A stretch of DNA of 64,000 bases from Glaucostegus cemiculus (taxonomy: Eukaryota), in the NCBI GenBank assembly GCA_976551045.1, contig CDPCPM010000107.1:3100001-3164000 (forward strand). Reading direction: 5' to 3'. Below, in pieces: positions 24,895-37,099 of the stretch (within the stretch, counting starts at the first letter, position 1; the number at the start of each line of letters is the position of its first letter). The notes below the pieces were generated by a model. It had not been told where the DNA came from. It searched no databases and saw nothing but the letters and a program-made list of their open reading frames with translations. Both the position numbers and the translations under genes were made by a program.

Positions 24895-25310
24895 TGGAAC
24901 ATAATAAACAGCAGCAGGAATAGGCCTGCTCCTCAAGCCTACTCTATTGGTTATGTGATTGGGGTACCACCTCAGGGAGCCACACGGGTGGCATTGGTGC
25001 TGTGTTCTGTACATATAAAAAGGTAACACTAAGAATGGAACTGTATACAAATGTAATGGTTTGAACTTTTTTTTATTATTGCATATAGTTTTTTTTAATC
25101 ATGAATAAAGTTTATTTTGTTAAAAAAAATTGGTTAATAAGGTTATGGTTGATTTGAACTTAACCTCAGCTCCACTTTCCAGCTTGTTCCCAATATCCCT
25201 CGATTCTCCTGTAGGCCAAGAAACTGCCCCAGTCTTGGATATCCTCAAGGACTCAGCCTCCACAGCTTTCTGGGGTAGAAATTGCTAAAGATTCACCACT
25301 TTCTGAGGGA
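24895..25310 (-). mobile_element. CR1 LINE 3' end, interrupted by a polyA retro-insertion
   Basis: gcagcaggaataggcc...ctcaagcct is continued after the insert by ...ctcagcctccacagctttctggggtagaaattgctaaagattcaccac. Confidence 0.7.
24954..25128 (+). mobile_element. 5'-truncated polyA-type retroposon (L1/Tx1-like 3' end) with an 8-bp target-site duplication
   Basis: Ends gaataaagtttattttgttaaaaaaa and is flanked by the direct repeat ATTGGTTA at 24946-24953 and 25129-25136. Confidence 0.7.
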
Positions 25311-28300
25311 ATAACTACACCAAGAACTGACAAATAGTAAGCAGTTTGGAAAAAAGGAACTTTGAAGCAACCTATTGGAACATTACGGGGAATCGTCTAT
25401 AGTACTCCTTTTCAACATTTATACCATATTCTGTGATTTGCTCAAACACAGAAGCAGCCATTTTACAATACAATGTCAAGCAATAGCCACTAATTGGATA
25501 TCATTAGTTGATCGTCTTACTCCCTTTGTTACTATTCAATTTTAAGAAGAAAAATCAATTATCACTTAATTTTGCCAGTGATTATTCACCCATTGGCAAT
25601 CAGGAAAAGTTTTGTCCTTGAAAAAGCAGGAAGGTCACAAATTTTTTTTCTATATATGCATACAAGAGTGATATACTGTATAAACACAAATCTTGCAATG
25701 TCTTGTGAAGTATGAATGAATTTCACCTTCCACAAATTTTAAATTGAAGGTATCAGCACATGTCTGTTTTTGATGGTTTCTATTGGACAACCAATCAGGT
25801 AACTCAATTAACAAATGACAACTGCATAATTATTATGAAATGTAAATTATTGAAACAAAGGTGCTTTCTCTATTTGACATAAATATACAAAATAAAAATA
25901 TTTAAAATATTGCTTCAGCTGTGCTGCAATACTGCAGTCTACAGTCAGTGGGAACTGCTAGAGAATTCACACTGCAGACATGATGTGATATACCAGATAA
26001 CATTCATCATGGAACAAAACCACTGCTGGAAAAATAGAACTGAAAGATCATTAATCAGTCAAATTAATGACCCAAATCCTTCATATAACTGCCTTTCTGT
26101 ATAATAACAAGCAAAAGATTTATACAAGACAATCCTTTTTAACCTATCTAAATTATAGGTAGCCAGTCTGGCAGGAAAGACAACACCTGCCTTCCTCTCA
26201 TTTGAAAACAGTCTGTAAAATAAATGCATAATTACCCATTGGGTTGTAGGTTGTGATAAGGTAATGACTGTTGCTATGCTTTATTAGCCTGCTGCTGCTT
26301 CTATGTATTTTTGACCATCTTAAACATGACCCAACTGTTGTCTGCTTGCAAGTAGCAGTGAAAAAAATCCTTTCACATTCAGTATCCAATGCGACACTGT
26401 GCTTTGAAGGAATTTATTGGATAGTATTCCAGCTCTTGCTGTAAAAATACTCCTCTTACATTATTGTCTTATCTAAAACTTGGATAATGGATGGAGTAGT
26501 GCAAGAGTCTGTGGAAAGCAGTTGGTGGACAGTGGTCTTGCGTGGAGGAAATTTATTAGCCCCAACTGATTGGTTTCTTATGATGCTTCAAGTTAAAGAA
26601 AAGCTTGGCAAAAGTAATTGCCATCTGGACCTCTTCCAAATTAGCCAATACCAGGTCCTGGTTCATGCCTTCTCAAAGCCTTTACCCCAACAACATCCAT
26701 GAGGCTCTTCAAGCACAAGTTGGATCTATTCCTGTACTTAGACCTTCAGCTGGACAGATGGCCAGGGACTCCAGATCAAGGCTTTCAGCCAGTCTGGACT
26801 ATGTGGCCAGCTACACTCTCCCATCAACCTGGTTTAAGTGCCAACCTTAACTCTCCTCCACCTTGCCCCACACTTGCCTAATTTTGAACCAGTCAGTCAT
26901 CAGGCCAAGGATCCTCCACTTTCTTCCGTGCTTAGGACTTTGCTTAACCAGCACCAATCTTGAATATAATTATCTTCATGCCTGGATTCTCTTTGCACAT
27001 ATTTGCTGTTTCCCTGGAAGTGTTTTCTCATTTCATTTTTCTTGTCTACTAACACCACTCTTACTATAATGGCCACTCTTTTCTATAATCACCTCAGTCT
27101 TTAGACTTTGTTTATTTAAATACTGCTCATTCTTGTTTAACTACCTTGTGCCTAAACACTTTTTATACTACTCTCCTGCTTGTCCACTTAAATCCAGTCA
27201 CTTCACTTTTTTTTGTGGTTGTAAAACCTTCAACCTGTTTCATCTGCACATCAGAAAACTCTCCCCAAGCTACTCTGCCTGGCAATTTCCCTCTCCCTTC
27301 CTTTGGAGCTTCCCTAAGTTCTCTCTCTTTCAGTCAGCATTCATTCTTCATTGAGTGTTGAAAGCATGGCATAATTGTTAAATTGTTCTAAAAAATTGTC
27401 GTAGGAAACAATACAAAATAAATGCATTTATATTTTCATTCAAATATGCTGTGTGATTAGTATAATTTTATAGAAAATGGTGTTACTTTGGCTGAACACC
27501 ATCTGCAGATGTAAAAACGTGGAACATGTACTTTTTCTATTGTACCATACAAGTTCCAAACCAGATGATTAGCAGGTGCTGCAGTGACATACAAATGCCT
27601 CTATTATTTTGTTGTTTGCCATCCTGTAGAAAGCATTTTAATTGGAACGCGTAGATACTTGCTCATCAAGTTTGCATACTATTGTGCAAATTTGTTCATT
27701 TTGTTGAAAGAAGTTTCTCAGTCAGAGGCTCAACGAATAATAACTACCACTAGCATTGCAAATTAATTCAAAAAAAGATTAAAAACCAGCTGCAGTACTG
27801 TACACCTTAACCACTCCAAAGGCATCTAAAGCACAAAACTTTATTGACACTGAATTTCTATTTCCTGTGTATGCTTTCCAAGAAGAAAAAACAAGGCACA
27901 GTTGTCGACACTCTATCCAATACATTCACTTATATGTAAAGATCTAATGAGGGATTTTTTTGGATCTGTTATGCTAAGTATCTACTTGTTATTTTAAGTG
28001 CAAAAGTATTAACTGGCCACAGACTTCTGCTTTTGGCCTGTTAGGTCCTGTATTTACTGAAGTGGCAGATGGTCCGAAGAACACAAAATTCACCCCCACC
28101 AGGCAAGCATGAGCAACTTCCATGCAAGATCTTTCACAACAAAGAGACTGATTGCACTTAGAAGTAATGTGGCACATAGAGGCAAGCATATGTACTGCAG
28201 ACACACCTAGTTAGGTTTAACCACCCACAACATTCCTTCAGCCTTTTATACTTGCACATTCCATCAGTCAAACTTCCCTTCTGGCTACTCATGCCATGCA

Positions 28301-28699
28301 ATCAACCTTGAAACACTCTGTGATCCAAAAGAAATGAGTGACTGTTAGGGCAACAGCTGCAGAATAGACGAATGATAACCACAAACTGATAAATGCTTCC
28401 TTTCATAAAATATCATAATTCCACCTGCAATCTGCCTGGTACAAACTCTAATTATTCAGCTGCTTTATTATGCTACAATTAGGTGGCAGCAGTTAGATAA
28501 ACATTATTTATTTCCCTTTGCTTAAGCTGAATGAAATTAGTGTATGCATTTACAGCAACTTTTACATATATTCATAAAGCAGACTAGAAAAGGTTTGTCA
28601 CAATGCAAAGGCATGTCCTTCACCCTCAGAGGTAAAAAAAGAGGAGAAAAAGAGAAAAGACAAACAGCTAAAATCACAGATAGATGACTGATACAAGAC

Positions 28700-28990
28700 A
28701 GGCACAATACTGTAACGGTTAGCTTAATGCTATTACAGCACCAGCGATCCAGGTTTGATTTTGGTCACTATCTTTAAGGAGTTTTTACGTTCTCCTTCAT
28801 GGGTTTCCTTCGGGTGCTCTGGTTTCCTCCCACATTCCAAAGACGTACGGGTTAGGAAGTTGTGGGCATGACAAGTTGGCGCTGGAAGCATTGTGACACT
28901 TGCAGGCTGCCTCCAGAACACTCTACGCAAAAGATGTATTTCACTGTGTGTTTTGATGTACATGTGACTAACAAAGATATCTTATCTTAT
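28700..28990 (+). mobile_element. V-SINE with an (ATCTT)n tail
   Basis: tRNA-like head, V core gggtttccttcgggtgctctggtttcctcccacattccaaagacgtac, and tail gatgtacatgtgactaacaaagatatcttatcttat. Same family as 59220-59511. Confidence 0.9.
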
Positions 28991-28991
28991 T

Positions 28992-29250
28992 AAATTGTAG
29001 AATTCAATACTGAGTCCAGAAAGCTCAGTATGCTCAGATGGAAGACAAGGTGCTTCCCCTCAAACGTGCATTGGGCCTCATTGTAATGATAAAGGAGGTC
29101 ACAGACCGACAGGTCAGAATGGGAATGGGTTGGAAAATTAAAGTGGCAGGCAATGGGAAGCTCAGGGTTGCCCCTGTGGGTTGGACATAGGTGAGATGCA
29201 AGATGATCACCCAATCTACATTTGAGACCACATTGTGAACACTAAATGCA
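28992..29250 (-). mobile_element. Penelope-like GIY-YIG endonuclease fragment
   Basis: C..CSQCG...LGDHLASHL...ELPIACHFNFPTHSHSDLSV...EAQCTFEGKHLVFHL matches the PLE endonuclease C-terminus. Confidence 0.8.
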
Positions 29251-29267
29251 GTTTATATCAATGGATG

Positions 29268-29570
29268 AGGGGAACAAATTCTCAAAACAAGAGGGCATGG
29301 CTTTAAAGTAATGGGTGGGAAGTTCAAGGGAGATATCAGAGAAAGGTCTTTTACCCAGACAGTGGTTGGGGCATGGAATGCGCTGCCTGGGGCAATGGTG
29401 GAGGCAGGTACATTGGTCAAATTCAAGAGATTACTAGATAAGCAAATGGAGGAATTTAAAATAGAGGGATATGTGGGAGGAAGGGGTTAGATAGTCTTAG
29501 GCAAGGTTTAAAGGTCAGCATAACATTGTGGGCCAAAGGGCCTGTATTGTGCTGTACTGTTCTATGTACT
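29268..29570 (+). mobile_element. CR1/HER1-type LINE 3' end
   Basis: aaaacaagagggcatggctttaaagt...ttttacccagacagtggttggggcatggaatgcgctgcc...gggccaaagggcctgtattgtgctgtactgttctatgt. Confidence 0.9.
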
Positions 29571-29584
29571 ATGGAACAAGTGCA

Positions 29585-30470
29585 ACATATCCAAGTTCAC
29601 TGATTATTGCAAAGTTGGATGGCAGTGAGAGTTGTGAGAAAAATGCAGAAAGATTCAAGGAAAGATAGGTTTACTGAATGGGGGAGGACGTGACAGATGG
29701 AGCATAATGTGGAAAAATGTGAAATCGTCTACTTTGGTGAAGTATTTCTTGAATGGTGATGGATCTAAAAGTGTTCAGAAGGACCAGTGTATCCCTGTGC
29801 ACAAATCAGTGAAGGTTAACATGTAGGTACAATTAGGAAGGGAAGTATTAAGTTCAGCTTTCATTGCAAGGGGATTTGAGTACAAGACTAGACAGATCAT
29901 GATGCAATTATATCGGGCCTTGGTGGGATGTGTCCAGAATATTGTTCACAAGTCTGGTCTTTTTACTTAAGCAGGAATTCATTAGGACGGAGTGAATTCA
30001 AGAAGGTTGTACCATATCCATTTCTGGACGATCAGTTTGTTGTTGTACAAGGAGAGATTAAGATGACGAGAGCTGCACTCAGTTGAACTTGAAAGAATGA
30101 AAGGTGATCTCTTTGAAACATACAGAATTATTACAGGGGTCAATAGGGTAGATGTAAGGATGGTGATTCCTTTGGGTGGGATATCCAAAACTAGGAGGTA
30201 GTTATTAAGGACTGCGAGGAAAAGAAATTTCTTAACTCAGGGTTAGCGAATCTTTAACTCTCCACCAAAGAGGGCTGTGGAGGCTCAGTTGTTGAGTACA
30301 TTCAAGACAGTGATCAATAGGTTTTTGGGTGTGAAGGGAATCAAAGGATTATGGGGTTTAGTACAAGAAAGTGCTGCTGAGGTAAAAGACCAACCACGAT
30401 CTCAATGAATGGTAGAAGTAGTATGAGGTGGTAAATGGCTGACTTCTACTTATTATTTTCTTTTGTCTTG
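29585..30470 (+). mobile_element. CR1 LINE, RT C-terminal part through the 3' end, decayed
   Basis: Decayed ISKFADD-like start (atatccaagttcactgat), aaaatgtgaaatcgtctactttgg, agggctgtggaggctcagt, and a CR1 3'UTR. Confidence 0.85.
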
Positions 30471-30709
30471 GGCATCACTGGCTAATGAGCAGCACAAATC
30501 AGTCCAATATTTTAGAATGTACTTAAAATATTGCATAAATAGATTTCTTTAATATGTTTCAGAGTGCAATGAATTGTTTTCTGCTATTGTAGATAGTATG
30601 AAAATTCATATTATTGTCATAAATTATGCAGAATATTGGCATAGAGTATGACCAAGGTTATTAGCATTGCAGCACTTATACTCAACTTTTATTACCAGTT
30701 TTGCTACAG

Positions 30710-31330
30710 GTCATGACTTACACAAAATGTTAAAAACCTTGCTTCTTGACATCCAAATCCATTAAAAATTCGAACATCTGAAGATGTAGTGGAAATTAGT
30801 AGAATGGGTGTAGAATTGGTAAATTCACTTTAAATGCTAGGTGGTGCACTTTGGTAGGAATAACAACATTTACATCATTCTTGGAAAATAATGAAATGAG
30901 GTGGCAAATCAAAGAGGTCCAAGGATATGGTTGTGTAAATCAACAAAAATAGCATTGTTGGTTATTAAAGACCATAAAATACTGCAGTTCATGTCTAGAA
31001 GGTGGAATGAAAGAACAGAGGCAGGTTGTTAACCTTGTATGGAACCTTAGCTTGATCAAATTCTGACCACTATGAATTGTTTGATCTCTATTTTGTAAAA
31101 AGACACATTGGGGAAGATCCAAATAGAATTATGAAAATGATATCAGAATGAAAGATAACAAGCTGGAACCACCTTCTTTAGAAAAGAGCCTTCTGAACCG
31201 TGACCTGATAGTCAGTTTCATTATAAAAGTGTTTATTGGACGAATGTAGGGAAGGTGTTTCTATGAGATCCAAATTAGTCCATACATATAACATAAACTA
31301 ATACAAACAAAATATGAATCAGGATAAACT
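30710..31330 (+). mobile_element. Old CR1 LINE fragment
   Basis: ggtggtgcactttggtaggaataac, aaccttgtatggaaccttag and gtgacctgatag are CR1 RT-region motifs. Confidence 0.6.
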
Positions 31331-31349
31331 TATGGATATTTGGGATGAT

Positions 31350-31530
31350 TGGTATTGGTATTGATATTGGTTTATTATTGTCACTTGTACTGAGGTACAG
31401 TGAAAAGCTTGTCTTACAAACTGATCGTACAGGTCAATTCATTACACAGTGCAGTTACATAGTTAGTACAAACTGCATTGACGTAGTACAGTAAAAACAG
31501 TAACAGTAGAGTAAAGTGTCACAATGTTCA
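31350..31530 (-). mobile_element. Rex1-type LINE 3' tail with (ACCAAT)n
   Basis: tggtattggtattgatattggtttattattgtcacttgtac...acagtgaaaagcttgtc, which reads gtgacaataataaa plus a tandem tail on the minus strand. Confidence 0.7.
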
Positions 31531-32628
31531 CAGGAGGTGAACACTGGATGATGGTAGGTGGAGAAGAGGGGAAGAGGAGTTAACCAAATTAAGTGGTTTG
31601 CTTGTGCAAAAACATTGAAAAACATGCAAATAAATAAATAAAATAAAGATGCAGTTTCTTTGAGTGATGCATATGTGGAAAACCAAGGAGGTTAAGAGTG
31701 GTATTAGAAAAAAAAGGCTTGCAATGTATCCAAGAAGCATGTCAAGCCTGCCATCAGACAGTCTTCGAAAACAACTAAAGGTGACCAAAGATTTGGCAAA
31801 GAGGAAGATAGAAAATGAAAGTAAACTAGCAAGAAATATAAAAACATACATAAGAGCTTTTACAAACTTGTAAAAAGCAGAGGAGGTGGAGGAAATACAT
31901 GGGTCCCTTAGAGACAGTGGCAGGAGAAATTACAGTGTGGAAAGAATAACAAGTTGCAATGTTAACAAATATTTTGCACCTGTCTCCACAGTAAAATACA
32001 TAATAAGTGTATTGGAAAGAAAAGGGAACCAAGGGTCTAATGAGAGGAAGGAACTGAAATTAATTAGAAATAGTAAAGAGAAATACTGGAAAAATTAATG
32101 GAGCTAAATGTCAACAAACTATTCAGCTTGCATTTTTAGGTTGTAAAGGAGCAGCAGAGATAAGGAATGCATATAGTGATCATCCAACATTCTTTAGATT
32201 CTAGAATGGTCCCAGTGGATTGAAAGGTAGAAAATGTAATAATACAATTGAAGAAGTGAGGTAGAGGGAAAGTAAGGAACCACAGACCAGTTAGCTTGGC
32301 ATTGGTTGTCGGGAAATGCTGGAATTCTTTATTAAGGGCACTATGAAAAACATACTATGATTAGATATCATCAACATTACTTTACCAAAGGAAAATCAGG
32401 TTTCATAAATCTAATAAACTTATCCACTAGGCAGGGTTGATAGAGAGAAACAAATGGATGTACTATATTTATACTCGCAAAAGGCACCATACAAATTGCC
32501 ATTATATAAAAGAAGAAACTTATTGGATTAGTTAATAAATTAGCAAGGATCAAGAGTTGACAGGACAGAAGACTGTAAAAATAAATTCCTTGTTAGCTTG
32601 AGTTTGTTACTTACATGGTAACAAACCA

Positions 32629-34059
32629 TGGCTAGTTATGAAGCACATTAGAGCCATCCTCCCCCCATCCTTGGATCCTCATCAGTATGCTTATCAGGCA
32701 AACAGGTCCACCGATGATGCAGTCTCCTCTGCCATGCACTCTGCACTATATCACTTAGAGAAGAAGGACTCATACTACCGACTGCTATTCACCGACTTCA
32801 GCTCCGCTTTCAATACCATCATCCCGCAACAGCTAATCAGGAAGTTGAGCGCTCTGGGCATTAACTCTCCTCTCTGCAACTGGATACTGGATTTTCTAAC
32901 TTGCAGGCCGCAGTCAGTCAAAATTGGTGAAAACACCTCAAGCACCATCACACTGAGCACTGGCTCCCCACAGGGTTGTGTGCTCAGTCCGCTCCTGTTC
33001 ACCTTGTTGACTCACGACTGTGAGGCCAGATCCAGCTCCAACCGCATTGTTAAATTTGCCGATGACACGACAGTGGTGGGTCTTGTCACGAATGACGATG
33101 AGTCGGACTACAGAGAGGAGGTGAAACAACTAGCCGTGTGGTGCCATGACAACAACCTCTCCTTGAATGTGGATAAAACCAAGGAGATGATAGTGGATCT
33201 TAGGAGGGGTCACCGTGTGCACGCCCCGCTGACCATCAACGGGTCTGCTGTGGAACAAGTACGCAGTACCAAGTCCCTGGGGGTGCACATCACTGACGAC
33301 CTGACCTGGTCCACTAACATTATGGCCCTCACGAAGAAAGCTCAGAAACGCCTCTACTTCCTGCGGAGACTGAGGAAAGCGTACCCCCATCCCTCCATCA
33401 TGAAAACCTTCTATAGGGGGACCATTGAGAGCATCCTAACTCAATGTTTCACTGTTTGGTTTGGAAGCTGCTCAGCTGCTGGGCGGAAGTCCCTCCAGAA
33501 GATAGTTAGGGCTGCGGAGTGGATCATAGGTGTCTCGCTTCCATCCCTCGCAGACATATACAAAGACCGTTGTGTGAGGAAGACCAAAAGCGTAATGGCC
33601 GACCCTTCTCACCCCTCCCACCACCTCTTCACAATTTTGCCATCAGGGAGGAGGCTTAAATGTATCAGGGCAAGAACGACCAGGCTGAACAATAGCTTCT
33701 TTCCGCAAGCCATCAGAACTGCAAACTCTCTCATCCCTCCATCTTCCTTTGTTAACACTAAGAGATGCTAGGTGCACAGAAATGCACCAGCACTTTAAAT
33801 GCCCGACACCAGCCCGTTCACTTTAATAACTATTTATTTATTTACCGGCCATTTTTAATTTAATCTGCGTACTAGTTTAATTTTAACTTCCGTAGCTTTT
33901 AATGTCTAATGTTTTGTAATGTTTATTCTGTCAAGTGTGTATGTGTGTCTCTGTTGGTTGTTATGTTATTTTATGGGACGAGCACCTGAGGAGGACGGTA
34001 TCTCGCTCCTATGCATACTATGTATGTATATGGTTGTGACAATAAAAACTGATTCTGAT
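32629..34059 (+). mobile_element. 5'-truncated Rex1/Babar-clade LINE with an open 377-aa RT frame (32638-33771)
   Basis: RT motifs [45 protein letters not shown] and RLYFLRRLR; the 3'UTR ends gtgacaataaaaactgattctgat. Confidence 0.95.
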
Positions 34060-34646
34060 ATCACAGGTATCTGTAACTTGAGCCCAGGTTATTTACAATC
34101 GAGATTAATGACTTCAATGAAAGAGTAATGTGTTCAAATTTTCCGATGAAACATAGCTAGGTGTGAAAGTGCAGTCTCAGAATTGGTGCAAAATGATATG
34201 GAAAGGTTGATGAATGTGCCAAAAAGGGAGCAGATGGAGGATATGTAGGAAATGCAAGGTTATTCATTTTGTTCAGAAGTATAGAATAACAGGTTTAGTT
34301 TTTTTAAAAGGAGTAACTATTAAACCTTTGTCTATACAAGGATCTGAGTGAGCTTATTAGCAATGTTTATAATATTATTGCCTCCATTTGGACATAAAAT
34401 ACAAAGTTAATATGAAGGCACAGTAAGCAATTAGGAAGAATAGATGGAATGCTGGGTTCAATTACATGGGCTTGCATCTCAATTCGTACAACAGTATGGA
34501 GTTTTTGTGCAATTACGCCTGGGCACTGTTTGTAGGTTTTGGTGTCTGTCCCGTGGGATGGATACCTGCCTTGGAGGTGGAGCAGCTTTAATTCCTCCGA
34601 TGAGATTGAAAAGAATAGCTCCGCATGCACTGAAGCTTAATAATTA

Positions 34647-35645
34647 CAGAATCATGAAATGGTTACAGCACAGGTAGTGAACATTCAGCCCATCACATCT
34701 GTGCAGGCTGTCTACAAGAGTAACTCCAGTTCCATTCATTGGCCCTTTCTCCATGACCTTGCAAATGTTTCTTCACTTTACATAGATCTAATTCCCCTCT
34801 TGAAATCCACAATGAAACTCGCCTCCGCTACATCTACAGGCAGTGCATGCAGGTTCCAACCACACATTGCCTACCACTCATAATTTTCTTCCCTTTAAGT
34901 CGTTGACCTCCAGTCATAGCCTCACCATTAAAGAGAACAGCCTCCCAATATCCACCCTAGCCAGGTTCCTCATCATTTTATACTTCTATCAAATCATCCC
35001 TCCAGACTTTTCACCTTCAATGAAAACAGTTTCAGCTTCTCTATTCTGCCCTTGTAACTTTCGTCCCTCATCCCGGGAACCATTCTCATGAATCTTTTCT
35101 GGACCCTCTGACATCTTCACATCCTTCCTATTATGTGGAGGCTAGGACTGAACACAATCCACCAGCTGAGGCCACACCAGAGTTTTAAAGGTTCAGCATG
35201 ACTTCCAAATTGTGCACACATACTCCCAAGTCCCTCTGCTTCTGCACCCCTTTTAGAACAGTATATTTTATTCTACATTCCCTCTTGTCATTCTTCCTAC
35301 CAAATGCACCACCTTGCATTTCTCTACATTAAACTTCATCTACTGTGTACCTGCCCTTTCCACCAGTCTATTGATATCTTGCTGAAATTGATCACCATCC
35401 TCACTGTAGTTTAACAATGCTGCCAGATTTTGTATCATTCACAAATTCAGACATTGTGCCTTGCATCCCCAGGTCTGGGTCATTAATATGGATTAAAAAA
35501 CAGCAATTGCCCCAATTCTGATCTCCAGGGAACACCACTATTCAAATTCCTCCCGTCCAAATAAGAATAATTTACCATGACACTCTGTTATCTGCTACTT
35601 AACCAATTTCATATCTATGTTATCATTGTCCCTTTTCAGCCACGT
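34647..35645 (-). mobile_element. CR1 LINE fragment nested in antisense within the host CR1
   Basis: 3' end acagaatcatgaaatggttacagcacagg...ttcagcccatc, plus reverse-complement RT motifs (tttgtatcattcacaaatt, ccagggaacaccact). Confidence 0.8.
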
Positions 35646-37099
35646 GCTTCTAAAAGAGATTGGAGGGTAGATGGTGAAAACCTGTTTCCTTTGTTGGACA
35701 ATCTGAAACTTAGACATTCATGCCAGGATAAAGGATCACCCATTTTGGACTAAGATGAAAATGAATTTCCTTACTCAGAGGTTACCAATTCTTTCAAATG
35801 TTCTAGTCAGGGGGCTGTCAAAGCTCAGTTATTAAGTATATTCAAGGGTGAAATCAATAATTTTTGTTTGGCTTTAAGAGGAGCAATGAATATGTGGGTC
35901 AGACAGTAACAAGAGGATCAGCCATAAATTTGAAAGGGGGGGAGACGATGTTAGAGGGGTTAAATGGCCGACATGCCTCCCCATTTTTATGTTCTTTGCC
36001 TGGAAAAAGTAAGAGGGAACAAGGTAGGGTAAGGTGTGCAAGTGGCTGGTTACGACAGAGTGGTAATGGCAGTAGGGCAAGGAGGAGACTGGGTAAGAGA
36101 GAATTGGAGGAGAGAAGACCAAGAGCTAGGGAGTTTTAGGGGATGGCATGTTAGGAAGGGGGCTGAGGGACAGTGAGTGGGTATAGGTGTATGCACCTGA
36201 GCCTTGAGCGTGTGTCAAGAGGTTGTTTGCACTGTATCCACACCTTTTCATGCCCTGCAGCACAGCCTGGTCTCCAGTTGTCTTGGATCCACTTGCCAGT
36301 GGACCAAGACCTCATTCTGTTGTCCTAAAGCCACTGTGTTAAAAGACATCACACATGGGCATCGTCTACTTCTCAGTATAAAATTTAGGACCTGGGATTT
36401 CAATCTCAGCAGCAGCAGAGTGCTGCTCTGCTGAAGTAGCCCGGGAACTCAGAACTTCTGACACTAATGTCATTGCCCTGAGTAAGGCACGATGGGCAGG
36501 AGATGGCTAGCTGAGGGAGCCAGAGCAAGAGCCAGAAGAGGAAATCCAGTTTCCAAGGGTGGGTTTTGGCATCAGAAATGAGACAATTTGGCACCTCAAT
36601 GATTCCTCATGCGATAAGCAAATATCTCATGACCTCTGATCTAGCACACTGTCTCAAAATTGGATAAAGAGAATTTCTAATCTGACCACAAAGAAAAACC
36701 CTGGCCCATATGCCGGAGGGAAAGAAACCAATCCTTTTGAGTTACTTCTTTGCCAAAAATAAAGGGAAACTATCCAATTTTGTAGAAAACACAATGGACA
36801 TGACCTTAACCATGTAACAATTCCAAGAAAAATGCAGGCATCAGCATTGACCACAATACAAGCATTTTCAGACCTTGCAAAACCTTTGAATCTATCAAGT
36901 GAGAAGGGCTGTGGTAAGTCCTTCTGAAACTTTGCTTCTCTCAGAAAGTGGTCTTCATTGTACATCTGCTTCAAGACGGCATGCAAGCTGTGATTCTAAC
37001 CAATGGATCCATCTCAAACCCAACCCGAGAATAGGCTGGGGTCAAGCCAGACCCTGCCTTTGCTCCAATCCCTTTCTCAATCTCCCTTATCTCTGACAA

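Larger units (their letters stand above)
31660..35995 (+). mobile_element. Host CR1 LINE, decayed, carrying two nested insertions
   Basis: CR1 RT sequence (ggaaccacagaccagttagc, caaaggaaaatcag) breaks at about 32621, resumes at about 34060, breaks again at about 34645, and resumes at about 35650 through the 3' end. Confidence 0.8.
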
